Shown: positions 37,355 to 48,974, counted from the stretch's first letter. The stretch: 64,000 nucleotides of DNA from Squalus acanthias (GCA_030390025.1 CM059441.1:19964001-20028000); one strand, 5' to 3'. Numbers and translations are program-made. Notes: generated by a model from the sequence alone, not told the origin.

Positions 37355-37686
37355 TTTAAAAATTATTTGTTCCTGGCGGCGTCGCTGGCAAGGCCAGCAT
37401 TTATTGCCCATCCCTAACTGCCCTTGCTAGGCCATTTCAGAGGGCAGTTAAGAGTCAAACATATTGCTGTGGGTCTGGAGTCACCTACAGGCCAGACCGG
37501 GTAAGTACGGCAGATTTTCCTTTCCCAAAGGGCATTATTAATACAATCCGGTAGTTTCATGGTCACCATTACTGAATTCCAGATTTATTTAATTAACTGA
37601 ATTTAAATTCCCCAGGCTGGTAGTGGTGGGATTTGAACGCTTGTCTCTGGGTTACTCATCCAGTAACATTGACACTATGCTACCGT
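37355..37686 (-). mobile_element. tRNA-derived SINE sharing its 3' tail with the LINE at 8241-8862
   Basis: Minus-strand head ggtagcatagtgtcaatg...gttcaaatcccacc; tail gggcagttagggatgggcaataaatgctggccttgccagcg. Confidence 0.65.
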
Positions 37687-38420
37687 TCCCTTATTTGCAC
37701 ACAGGCGCCACAGGGGACTATGAATCTCAGACTGGCCCTTCGCCAATTCACTGGTGGAGGGGGAGCGAACCTTTCTGCTGGAAGATCTGGGTTTTGTTTT
37801 AACACCCATTTTGCTGCTTTCCTGTCCTGTGGTCGTGACAGGTGCTATATAAATGCAATACTTTATTGTTTCCTTTTTTGCTTGAATACAGTTGGGTTGG
37901 TTTGAGCATTGCAAATATTAAGAGCACTATATAAATGTAAGCTGTTTTAGAGGCTTCTTTTAATTTAATTTTCAGTGGAAACTAAGTCACTTTGGCTAAT
38001 TAAACAGGAAACGTGTAAAATTCAGTGAGAGCATCATAAACACCAATTTTCGCACGGCGGTTTCGACAGTCAGCAGAACAAGCTTTCTTCTTACACAATG
38101 ACAGCAAGGTCAGATTTGAGAGATGCCTTTTTGAAAACAAAGGGCCAGCCACAATGGTTTCACGGAAACAGAGACGCACCCACTTGCAATCATCTCAAAC
38201 CCATGAAGGTTTCCAAGCAACCGACCTCAGACCACAAACAGGTTTGCTGTCCAACAGCATCAGCAGTGTCTGTCAGAATACATTGTGGGAGTTGTAGTTT
38301 TTGCAGTCACACACAGGAGGAGCTGTTTCTGGAGAGAACACCCCCCTCCACAATGCTGGGTATGATATTAATACTGCAGTGTACAACAACATTACCTGGT
38401 GGATAGAAAGTACTTCCTAC

Positions 38421-38872
38421 AGTGCCAGCTGTGGCTCAGTGGGTAGCACGCTCGCCTCTGAGTCAGAAGGTTGTGGGTTCAAGTCCAACTCCAGGGACTT
38501 TGAGCACATGAAGCTGGGCTGACACTCCAGTGCAGTGCTGAGAGAGTGCTGCACTGTCGGAGGTGCCGTCTTTCAGATGAGACATTAAACCGAGGTCTCG
38601 TCAGCTCTTTCAGGTGGATGTAAAAGATCCCATGGCACTATTTCGAAGTAAGAGCAGGAGAGTTATCCCCCATGTTCTGGCCAATGTTTATCTTTCAATC
38701 AACATCACAAAAACAGATTATCTGGTCATTGTCACATTGCTGTTTGTGGGAGCTTGCTGTGCGCAAATTGGCTGCCGCATTTCCAACAGTGACCACACTC
38801 CAAAACTACTTCATTGGCTGTAAAGTGCTTTGAGGTGGTCGTGGAAGGCGCTATATAAATACAAGTCTTTCT
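38421..38872 (+). mobile_element. SacSINE1-like Deu-SINE
   Basis: A box tggctcagtggg, B box ggttcaagtcc, Deu domain, tail. Confidence 0.82.
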
Positions 38873-39938
38873 TACAACCCAGTGGTTACGAAGGGGAAGG
38901 GGGAAATGTTCATCCTACATATAACCATAAAATATTTAAGGAGCCGTCAGCGTAGTAATGGATATGTCCCTTGTTTGTTGTAAATTTTTGAAGATCATGC
39001 AGTTATCACAAAGAAACACTGATTTACCATTGCATAATAACAGAGCTGGAAAATATGGGAGTCATCTCCGATCCCTCACCCCATCCCCACTCCCCCCAAA
39101 AGCAGTTCAGAGAGCAGTGGTAATATATTTATTTCTGCGCCCCAGTTCAAAAATTTCTTCTGGAAGTTGAACAATTTTAGTTGTGTAAAAACCTAATTTT
39201 ACTTTTTTTTAAATTTCCCTTTTCCCCCACAGTTGGAAAAAGTTATGCTGTGGAGTACAAGAGGGTAGAGGTCATGCTGCAGCTATACAAAGCCCTGGTT
39301 AGAACACACCTGGAGTACTGTGAGCAGTTCTGGGCACCATACCTTAGGAAGGATATGTTGGCCCTGAAATTCGCCTCTCCGGCTTGCCGCGGGGGTAAGG
39401 ATCGCGCGCGCACTTACCTACCGCGCCTGCCGTTGTGTTTTGGGCCCACGGGAACTTCAGCTCCTGGGCCTGCTCCAACTGCCGGCGCGCAGTGCTTGCG
39501 TGTCCCAGGGGCCCAGTTAGTGCGATGCGTCCCCTGAGATCACGTGGGCCATGGAGAGCCAATGGCAGCAGACCATCTTTCATTCATAGATTTGACAGGA
39601 AGACCTGTCAAATCTGTGAATTGAAATCGGCCCCAAAAGAACAGCTAAACTTCAAATAAATTTTTTTAAAAACCATCACATTTATAAAATAACTATAGTT
39701 AAATAAATTAACCACTTTAAACAAAAATTTAAATTTGAGAAATTTAAAATACTTTTTAAAAGTGAAAAAATTAACTTACCTTTCTTTAAAGTATCTAAAA
39801 AAGATAAACTTGTTGAAATTTTTTAAAAATTATACTTAATTAACCACTTACCTTGTTGAAAACGGCTCCTGCGCCTCCTTTTTATAAAAATGAGAAGTCG
39901 CACAACACCAGGTTATAGTCCAACAGTTTTATTTGAAA

Positions 39939-39975
39939 TTACGAGCTTTCGGAGCGCTGCTCCTTCGTCAGGTAA
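39939..39975 (-). ncRNA. Minimal type I hammerhead motif (family B, inverted arm)
   Basis: Exact reverse complement of 41207-41243. Confidence 0.72.
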
Positions 39976-40428
39976 AGTGAGGGAATACAAATCGATTACA
40001 AAGTATATATAGACAGAGAACAATGTGTCTGCAGAGATACAATCCGTCAGGGAGGCATTACATCAAAGACACAGCAGAATACAGCTAAGACAATGAGGTG
40101 GGGTCACAGGGGGTCCAACGTGTCAAATGCTGCAGTCTGCAGTTAAGCTTTTTACTTTTTTTAAAAACTGGAAATCACATCTGTGAACAAGACAACGACG
40201 ACTCTAGTCTGGACTCTAGTCTGGACTCTAGTCACGTCCTGTAGCGTGACATGAAACCGAGATCCCAGTTGAGGCCATCCTCATGGGTGCGGAACTTGGC
40301 TATCAGTTTCTGCTCGATGATTTTGCGTTGTCGTGTGTCTCGAAGGCCACCTTGGAGAACGCTTACCCGCAGATCCGAGGCTGAATGTCCTTGACTGCTG
40401 AAGTGTTCCCCGACTGGGAGGTAACATC

Positions 40429-40962
40429 CCCACGCCTCCACTACTCGCCTTCAAGCAGCCGCCTAACCTCAAAAGTACCATCGCTCACAGCAAATTACCC
40501 AGCTGTCAGGAGAACAGCGACCACGACACCACACAACCCAGCCACGGCAACCTCTGCAAGACGTGCCAGATCATCAACACAGATACCATCATCACACGTG
40601 AGGACACTACCCACCAGGTACATGGTACATACTCATGTGACTCGGCCAACGTTGTCTACCTCATACGTTGCAGGAAAGAATGCACCGCGGCATGGTACAT
40701 CGGCGAGACCATGCAGACACTGAGACAACGTATGAACGGACACCATGCAACAATCGCTAGGCAAGATTGTTACCTCCCAGTCGGGGAACACTTCAGCAGT
40801 CAAGGACATTCAGCCTCGGATTTGTGGGTTAGCGTTCTCCAAGGCGGCCTTCGAGACACACGACAACGCAAAATCATCGAGCAGAAACTGATAGCCAAGT
40901 TCCGCACCTTTGAGGACGGCCTCAACCGGGATCTCGGTTTCATGTCACGCTACAGGACGTGA
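40429..40962 (+). pseudogene. 5'-truncated but open GIY-YIG endonuclease domain of Penelope-like ORF
   Basis: Stop-free frame PPLLAFKQPPNLK...LCKTC...YSCDSANVVYLIRCRKECTAAWYIGETMQTLRQRMNGH...PVGEHF...RKIIEQKLIAKFRT...GLNRD. Confidence 0.88.
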
Positions 40963-41206
40963 CTAGAGTCCAGACTAGAGTCGTCGTTGTCTTGTTTACA
41001 GATGTGATTTCCAGTTTTAAAAAAAAGTAAAAAGCTTAACTGCAGACTGCAGCATTTGACACGTTGGACCCCCTGTGACCCCACCTCATTGCCTTAGCTG
41101 TATTCTGCTGTGTCTTTGATGTAATGCCTCCCTGACGGATTGTATCTCTGCAGACACATTGTTCTCTGTCTATATCTGCTTTGTAACAGATTTGTATTCC
41201 CGCACT

Positions 41207-41243
41207 TTACCTGACGAAGGAGCAGCGCTCCGAAAGCTCGTAA
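41207..41243 (+). ncRNA. Minimal type I hammerhead ribozyme motif (family B)
   Basis: TTAC-CTGACGA-A-GGAGC-agc-GCTCC-GAAA-GCTC-GTAA: stem I TTAC/GTAA, stem II GGAGC/GCTCC, palindromic AGCT stem III; predicted cleavage after CUC at 41239. Confidence 0.78.
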
Positions 41244-42823
41244 TTTCAAATAAAACTGTTGGACTATAACCTGGTGTTGTGCGACTTCTCATTTTTGACC
41301 ACCCCAGTCCAACACCGGCATCTCCGCATCATGGTCCTTTTTATAAACGTAGGTTCTTCAATACTTACCCTCCTGTAGAAACCTGAAAAAAAATCTAAGT
41401 TTGTTGCGTGCGCGCAGCCTCTACCGCGCACGCGGTTCACCTAGGAACCGCCCCCTTCACCAGACCGGAAGTTCTGGTTTCCCGTGCATGCGCAGTGCAT
41501 GCAGGAAACCGGCACTTCGGGACGCCTTACGGGTGAGTACGCACTGTGTACTCACCCGGGAAGGGCTGAATTTTTGGCCCATTGGCTTTGGAGGGAGTGC
41601 AGCGTAGGATTACCAGAATGATACCCGGACTTCAAGGGTTAAGTTACGAGGAGAGATTACACAAATTAGAGTTGCATTCCTTGGAATTTAGAAGGTTAAG
41701 GGGTGAGCTGATCGAAGTTTTCAAGACATTAAGGGGAACAGATAGGGTAGATAGAGAGAAACCATTTCCGCTGGTTGGGGATTCTAGGACTAGGGGGCAT
41801 AGTCTAAAAATTAGAGCCAGACATTTCAGGAGTGAAATTAGGAAACACTTCTACACACAAAGGGTGGTAGAAGTTTGGAACTCTCTTCCGCAAACAGCAA
41901 TTGATGCTAGGATCAATTGTTAATTTTAAATCTGAGATTGATAGATTTTTGTTAACCAAAGGTATTAAGGGATATGGGGCAAAGGCGAATATATGGAGTT
42001 AGGTCACAGATCTACCATGACCTCATTGAATGGCGGGACAGACTCGAGGGGTTGAATTACCTATTCCTGTTCCTATGTAATATTTTTCAAATTCGATTCT
42101 TCCAAGCTTTTTGAATCCTGTGGAGTGTTTCAATCGGGGGTGCTTTGCATTCTTTCTGTGAGGTGAGATGTTGTTTAGTAAGTAACAAGTGTTGTGCAGA
42201 AACTGCACCCCAGCAAGTGGTTGCCAGTGTCTGTGGAACTGTACCCCAGCAAGTAGCACTGTCTTCAGGGTGGGAGAACCTCTGGATCAATATAATGTTA
42301 AAGACAAACTGAAAATGACCTGATACCTTCGACACAACCCTATTGTCACAATGTAAACAAGGTTATAGTACATGTGTGAGGGAGGCCATTTGGCCCATCT
42401 AGCTTATCCTTCAATAGAAACCTACGATTTACACCCCTCACAACATCTAACTGCCTCTTGAATGACGCCAAAGCTTTTGCCTCCATTGCTCTACCCAGAA
42501 GACCATTCCCGGTATTAATCACCATTTGGTGAAGAAGTGCTTCCTGCCATCAACCCTAAACCAGGTTATATCTGTGCAACAAACCTATTGTGATAGTTGG
42601 TACCCTAATGAAGCACCAAAATGTTTAATGTAAAGCTTTCATCATTTGTACACCATTTTATCATTCAATTTTTACCTTGTTTTAATCCGTAAACTCTGTT
42701 CATCCTCAAATGTGGGCGGTCTGGACAGTCTAACCTGCCTTCACAGGTGCTGCCAATGCCACTCCTGATTCAGACACGAGAGGGTATTGGAGCTGTGTAT
42801 GTTGGGTGACTTCCAGTTGTTGT

Positions 42824-45800
42824 TCTCCCCTTTCTCCTCTCCTCCCCTCCCCTTTCTGCTCTCCTCTCCTCCCCTCCCCTTTCTGCTCTCCTCTCCTCCC
42901 CTCCCCTTTCTGCTCTCCTCTNNNNNNNNNNNNNNNNNNNNNNNNNNNNNNNNNNNNNNNNNNNNNNNNNNNNNNNNNNNNNNNNNNNNNNNNNNNNNNN
43001 NNNNNNNNNNNNNNNNNNNNNNNNNNNNNNNNNNNNNNNNNNNNNNNNNNNNNNNNNNNNNNNNNNNNNNNNNNNNNNNNNNNNNNNNNNNNNNNNNNNN
43101 NNCCCCCTCCCCCCTCCCCTTTCTCCTCCCCCCTCCCCCCCTTTCTCCTCCCCCTCCCCTCCCCTTTCTCCTCCCCCTCCCCTCCCCTTTCTCCTCCCCC
43201 TCCCCTCCCCTTTCNNNNNNNNNNNNNNNNNNNNNNNNNNNNNNNNNNNNNNNNNNNNNNNNNNNNNNNNNNNNNNNNNNNNNNNNNNNNNNNNNNNNNN
43301 NNNNNNNNNNNNNNNNNNNNNNNNNNNNNNNNNNNNNNNNNNNNNNNNNNNNNNNNNNTCCCCTTTCTCCTCTCCCCTCCCCTTTCTCCTCCCCCCTCCC
43401 CTTTCTCCTCCCCCCTCCCCTTTCTCCTCCCCCCTCCCCTTTCNNNNNNNNNNNNNNNNNNNNNNNNNNNNNNNNNNNNNNNNNNNNNNNNNNNNNNNNN
43501 NNNNNNNNNNNNNNNNNNNNNNNNNNNNNNNNNNNNNNNNNNNNNNNNNNNNNNNNNNNNNNNNNNNNNNNNNNNNNNNNNCCCCCTCCCCTCCCCTTTC
43601 TCCTCCCCCCCTCCCCTCCCCTTTCTCCTCCCCCCCTCCCCTCCCCTTTCTCCTCCCCCTCCCCTCCCCTTTCTCCTCCCCCTCCCCTCCCCTTTCTCCT
43701 CCCCCTCCCCTCCCCTTTCTCCTCCCCCTCCCCTCCCCTTTCTCCTCCCCCCTCCCCTCCCCTTTCACCTCCCCCCTCCCCTCCCCTTTCACCTCCCCCC
43801 TCCCCTCCCCTTTCTCCTCCCCCCTCCCCTCCCCTTTCTCCTCCCCCTCCCCTCCCCTTTCTCCTCCCCCTCCCCTCCCCTTTCTCCTCCCCTCTCCCCT
43901 CCCCTTTCTCCTCCCCCCTCCCCTTTCTNNNNNNNNNNNNNNNNNNNNNNNNNNNNNNNNNNNNNNNNNNNNNNNNNNNNNNNNNNNNNNNNNNNNNNNN
44001 NNNNNNNNNNNNNNNNNNNNNNNNNNNNNNNNNNNNNNNNNNNNNNNNNNNNNNNNNNNNNNNNNNNNNNNNNNNNNNNNNNNNNNNNNNNNNNNNNNNN
44101 NNNNNNNNNNNNNNNNNNNNNNNNNNNNNNNNNNNNNNNNNNNNNNNNNNNNNNNNNNNNNNNNNNNNNNNNCCCCCCCTCCCCTTTCTNNNNNNNNNNN
44201 NNNNNNNNNNNNNNNNNNNNNNNNNNNNNNNNNNNNNNNNNNNNNNNNNNNNNNNNNNNNNNNNNNNNNNNNNNNNNNNNNNNNNNNNNNNNNNNNNNNN
44301 NNNNNNNNNNNNNNNNNNNNNNNNNNNCCCCCTCCCCTCCCCTTTCTCCTCCCCCCTCCCCTCCCCTTTCTCCTCCCCCCTCCCCTTTCTCCTCCCCCTC
44401 CCCTTCCTCCTCCCCCTCCCCTTTCTCCTCCCCCTCCCCTTTCTCCTCCCCCCTCCCCTTTCTCCTCCCCCCTCCCCTCCCCTTTCTCCTACCCCCCCTC
44501 CCCTTTCTCCTCCCCCCTCCCCTTTCTCCTCCCCCTCCCCTTTCNNNNNNNNNNNNNNNNNNNNNNNNNNNNNNNNNNNNNNNNNNNNNNNNNNNNNNNN
44601 NNNNNNNNNNNNNNNNNNNNNNNNNNNNNNNNNNNNNNNNNNNNNNNNNNNNNNNNNNNNNNNNNNNNNNNNNNNNNNCCCCCTCCCCTCCCCTTTCTCC
44701 TCCCCCTCCCCTCCCCTTTCTCCTCCCCTTTCTCCTCCCTCTCCCCTCCCCTTTNNNNNNNNNNNNNNNNNNNNNNNNNNNNNNNNNNNNNNNNNNNNNN
44801 NNNNNNNNNNNNNNNNNNNNNNNNNNNNNNNNNNNNNNNNNNNNNNNNNNNNNNNNNNNNNNNNNNNNNNNNNNNNNNNNNNNNNNNNNNNNNNNNNNNN
44901 NNNNNNNNNNNNNNNNNNNNNNNNNNNNNNNNNNNNNNNNNNNNNNNNNNNNNNNNNNNCCTCTCCCCTCCCCTTTCTCCTCCCCCCTCCCCTCCCCTCC
45001 CCTTTCTCCTCCCCCCTCCCCTCCCCTCCCCTCCCTTTTCTCCTCCCCCCTCCCCTNNNNNNNNNNNNNNNNNNNNNNNNNNNNNNNNNNNNNNNNNNNN
45101 NNNNNNNNNNNNNNNNNNNNNNNNNNNNNNNNNNNNNNNNNNNNNNNNNNNNNNNNNNNNNNNNNNNNNNNNNNNNNNNNNNNNNNNNNNNNNNNNNNNN
45201 NNNNNNNNNNNNNNNNNNNNNNNNNNNNNNNNNNNNNNNNNNNNNNNNNNNNNNNNNNNNNNNNNNNNNNNNNNNNNNNNNNNNNNNNNNNNNNNNNNNN
45301 NNNNNNNNNNNNNNNNNNNNNNNNNNNNNNNCCCCTCCCCTCCCCTTTCTCCTCCCCCCTCCCCTCCCCTTTCTCCTCCCCCTCCCCCCCTTTCTCCTCC
45401 CCCCTCCCCTCCCCTTTCTCCTCCCCCCTCCCTCCCCTTTCTCCTCCCCCCTCCCTCCCTTTTCTCCTCCCCCCCCTCCCCTCCCCTTTCTCCTCTCCCC
45501 TCCCCTTTCTCCTCCCCCCTCCCCTCCCCTTTCTCCTCCCCCCTCCCCTCCCCTTTCTCCTCCCCCTCCCCTTTCTCCTCCCCCCTCCCCTCCCCTTTCA
45601 CCTCCCCCCTCCCCTCCCTTTCTCCTCCCCCCTCCCCTTTCTCCTCCCCCTCCCCTTTCTCCTTCCCCCTCCCCTCCCCTTTCTCCTCCCCCTCCCCTCC
45701 CCTTTCTCCTCCCCCCTCCCCTCCCCTTTCTCCTCCCCCTCCCCTCCCCTTTCTCCTCCCCCTCCCCTCCCCTTTCNNNNNNNNNNNNNNNNNNNNNNNN

Positions 45801-47193
45801 NNNNNNNNNNNNNNNNNNNNNNNNNNNNNNNNNNNNNNNNNNNNNNNNNNNNNNNNNNNNNNNNNNNNNNNNNNNNNNNNNNNNNNNNNNNNNNNNNNNN
45901 NNNNNNNNNNNNNNNNNNNNNNNNNNNNNNNNNNNNNNNNNNNNNNNNNNNNNNNNNNNNNNNNNNNNNNNNNNNNNNNNNNNNNNNNNNNNNNNNNNNN
46001 NNNNNNNNNNNNNNNNNNNNNNNNNNNNNNNNNNNNNNNNNNNNNNNNNNNNNNNNNNNNNNNNNNNNNNNNNNNNNNNNNNNNNNNNNNNNNNNNNNNN
46101 NCCCTCCCCTTTCTCCTCCCCCCTCCCCTCCCCTTTCTCCTCCCCCCTCCCCTCCCCTTTCTCCTCCCCCCTCCCCTCCCCTTTCTCCTCCCCCCTCCCC
46201 TCCTCTTTCTCCTCCCCTTCCTCCCCTCCCCTCCCCTCCCCTTTCTCCTCCCCCTCCCTCCCCTTTCTCCTCCCCCTCCCCTCCCCTTTCTCCTCCCCCC
46301 TCCCCTCCCCTTTCTCCTCCCCCTCCCCTCCCCTTTCTCCTCCCCCTCCCCTCCCCTTTCTCCTCCCCCTCCCCTCCCCTTTCTCCTCCCCCCTCCCCTC
46401 CCCTTTCTCCTCCCCCCTCCCCTCCCCTTTCTCCTCCCCCTCCCCTTCCCCCTCCCCTCCCCTTTCTCCTCCCCTCCCCTCCCCTTTCTCCTCCCTCCCC
46501 TTTCTCCTCCCCTTTCTCCTCCCCCTCCTCCCCTCCCCTTTCTCCTCCCCCTCCTCCCCTCCCCTTTCTCCTCCCCCCTCCCCTCCCCTTTCTCCTCCCC
46601 CTCCCCTTCCCCCTCCCCTCCCCTTTCTCCTCCCCTCCCCTCCCCTTTCTCCTCCCCTCCCCTCCCCTTTCTCCTCCCCCCTCTCCTCCCCTTTCTCCTC
46701 CCCCTCTCCTCCCCTTTCTCCTCCCCCTCCCCTCCCCTTTCTCCTCTCCCTCCCCTCCCCTTTCTACTCCGCCCTCCCCTTCCTCCTCCCCTCCCCTTCC
46801 CTCCCCTTTCTCCTCCCCTTCCCTCCCCTTCCCTCCCCTTTCTCCTCCCCTTCCCTCCCCTTTCTCCTCCCCTCCGCTCCCCTTTCTCCTCCCCTTCCCT
46901 CCCCTNNNNNNNNNNNNNNNNNNNNNNNNNNNNNNNNNNNNNNNNNNNNNNNNNNNNNNNNNNNNNNNNNNNNNNNNNNNNNNNNNNNNNNNNNNNNNNN
47001 NNNNNNNNNNNNNNNNNNNNNNNNNNNNNNNNNNNNNNNNNNNNNNNNNNNNNNNNNNNNNNNNNNNNNNNNNNNNNNNNNNNNNNNNNNNNNNNNNNNN
47101 NNNNNNNNNNNNNNNNNNNNNNNNNNNNNNNNNNNNNNNNNNNNNNNNNNNNNNNNNNNNNNNNNNNNNNNNNNNNNNNNNNNNNNNNNNNNN
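42824..47193. repeat. Polypyrimidine/polypurine satellite, ~23-nt unit CCCCTCCCCTCCCCTTTCTCCTC, with many N gaps
   Basis: Directly visible; about half is N, so the true length is unknown. Confidence 0.95.
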
Positions 47194-47275
47194 GTGCTAC
47201 TGATGACCTGGCTGAGATCTCCGCTGGTCATTCTGCCTGCATATTTCATTAGAGTCAGGAGTTTTGAAACTCACT

Positions 47276-47422
47276 GGGGGTAATCTTGACTCTGGGCGGC
47301 AGTGTGAAACGGGCAATATCAGATCAGCCACCCCTTGTACATCTCTCCCAATTCTCGTTCCCATTGAAGTCTGTTCCAATATCGCCCGGTTTACACTCTT
47401 GCCCAAAGTCAAAAGTACCCCC
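47276..47422. mobile_element. Palindromic MITE
   Basis: gggggtaatcttgactctgggc / gcccaaagtcaaaagtaccccc; core ccattgaagtc. Confidence 0.55.
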
Positions 47423-48174
47423 ATTGAGTCTAAGGTATAGAATGTTAGAACAGTCCATTACCTGGCTGATCATTATCATTCTGTTTGATGTACAAGGATA
47501 GTGGGTTTGTGGTAAAGTTGTTGCACAAGTTTCTATTTTTTGCATGCTCACTGCAAATGCACACATACTTTAAATATGATTATCTTGAATGAGAGGTCAT
47601 TGCCACTGAATTGAGGTTTGCCATAACTAGCAAACCATTCATTGACTTGCATCAACAAGACCTGGTTCAAATGAAAATTCTCTAGGAGGCTTTTCTGTGG
47701 AGTGAGTGATGTTTGCAGTTAAGGATGGCGGAAGTATGTTTGCTACCAGTGAGTTTCCACACCAAAATATATTTTGGCAAATAGATCATATCAAAGTGAC
47801 CATCAGTTAAATGAGCGGGGGTGAGGAAAGGTTGCAAATTCTGAAAGTGTCAATGAACATGTATGAATTAACGTACTCACTTCTCATATTTAAAATAAAC
47901 ACTTAATTACCACTCACAGTCCCATTCTTCATGAAAACCAAATGGTAGTGAAGAGTTACACTGTATCAACTACTTTTACACTTTCCCCTATCTTCCTCCT
48001 CAAGGCTCTTGTTGGTGTAGAGTTCCATGGCCACCAACAACCTTTCAGTACCTCACTTAAGCAGCCAGTCTCCATGTGTGAGCTCAGATAATGAGTGTCA
48101 ACAGGCTCTAGTTCACCCACACTTGAGCCCAACGCCATCTTCACCCCACAGCCGCATGTGGGTAAGATGGGAGT

Positions 48175-48476
48175 CACATTAAGCATTCTTACAGTAACAT
48201 CACTCACCGTCATTTCTAGGCAACAGCAGGGACATGTTGGGCATAATTTACGTCAAACATTTTTATTTCCACCAGTACTTCCCCCAAATAAATGCCACGA
48301 TAATAAATATTTCACATCAAATATTCTTTGTATAATCTTTAACCACGGGACGCCATTAGATGCCCTTCTTCAGCAAATTATGGCCCATTATCGTGACATT
48401 TATTTGGGGAAGTACCAGTCATTGCTATAGCCTGGAAATAACTGTGAGTGATGTTACTGTATGAATGCTTAATGTG
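48175..48476. mobile_element. Foldback element with ~55-bp TIRs, superfamily unknown
   Basis: cacattaagcattcttacagtaacatcactcaccgtcatttctaggc pairs with gcctggaaataactgtgagtgatgttactgtatgaatgcttaatgtg; no TSD. Confidence 0.7.
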
Positions 48477-48974
48477 TTTATTTCAAATCCCTCCCTGTAT
48501 TAAAATAAATGGATAAACGTCTCCATTAAGATAACAAAGTGAACAATTTGATGTGAGCATGATAAATGTTCATACAATAACATCCACACTAATTTCCAAG
48601 CTTATATCTCCACAGTGAGGATAACTTGGAGTGACTGGCTGAGTTGCAGCTGAGAAAAATAATATTCTGCCGCATTTAGATGGAGGGGAGACAGCTGGAG
48701 CCGTTTCAGCATGTTCTGCAATGCCATATAAAGGGCAGAAATTATGCCGTCGCATTACATCTGATGGATGTTATCCGATAGGCTGAAGAAATATTTCCTA
48801 AGATCAATCTGTTTTCATTTTTTTGTTCTTGAGGAATTTCTACGTGTGGAGGGGACACTCCAAGAGAGATTGGGCTAGAAATGTATCTTGGGCAGTAGCA
48901 AAACAGTTGGTATCGCTGTTGGGGTCACACCTGATATTCAGTTCCTTTTTTTTGGGACCAAGTTCAACATCAGA

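Larger units (their letters stand above)
39889..41334 (+). mobile_element. Penelope-like retroelement family B with ~530-bp inverted repeat arms
   Basis: 13-bp TSD tcctttttataaa (39876-39888, 41335-41347); arms 39886-40426 and 40768-41296 are reverse complements; 38-nt unpaired 3' tail; GIY-YIG ORF. Confidence 0.92.
39360..41580. mobile_element. Non-autonomous PIF/Harbinger-like DNA element hosting the Penelope insertion
   Basis: Imperfect TIRs ggccctgaaattc / gaatttttggccc; 3-bp flanks gtt/att; GC-rich ends with hairpins at about 41465-41520 and 41531-41557. Confidence 0.65.
39252..42078 (+). mobile_element. CR1 3' fragment split by a 2.2-kb insertion
   Basis: [26 protein letters not shown] (39252-39359) resumes as LALEGVQRRITRMIPG at 41581. 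Confidence 0.88.

Noticed and set aside
39889-41334. DNA transposon with long TIRs
   Set aside because: GIY-YIG ORF, asymmetric 3' tail, hammerhead and 13-bp TSD indicate a Penelope-like retroelement.
42770-47283. 1498-aa, 1465-aa and other Pro/Ser- or Gly/Glu-rich ORFs
   Set aside because: Artefacts of a stop-free C/T satellite read through N gaps.
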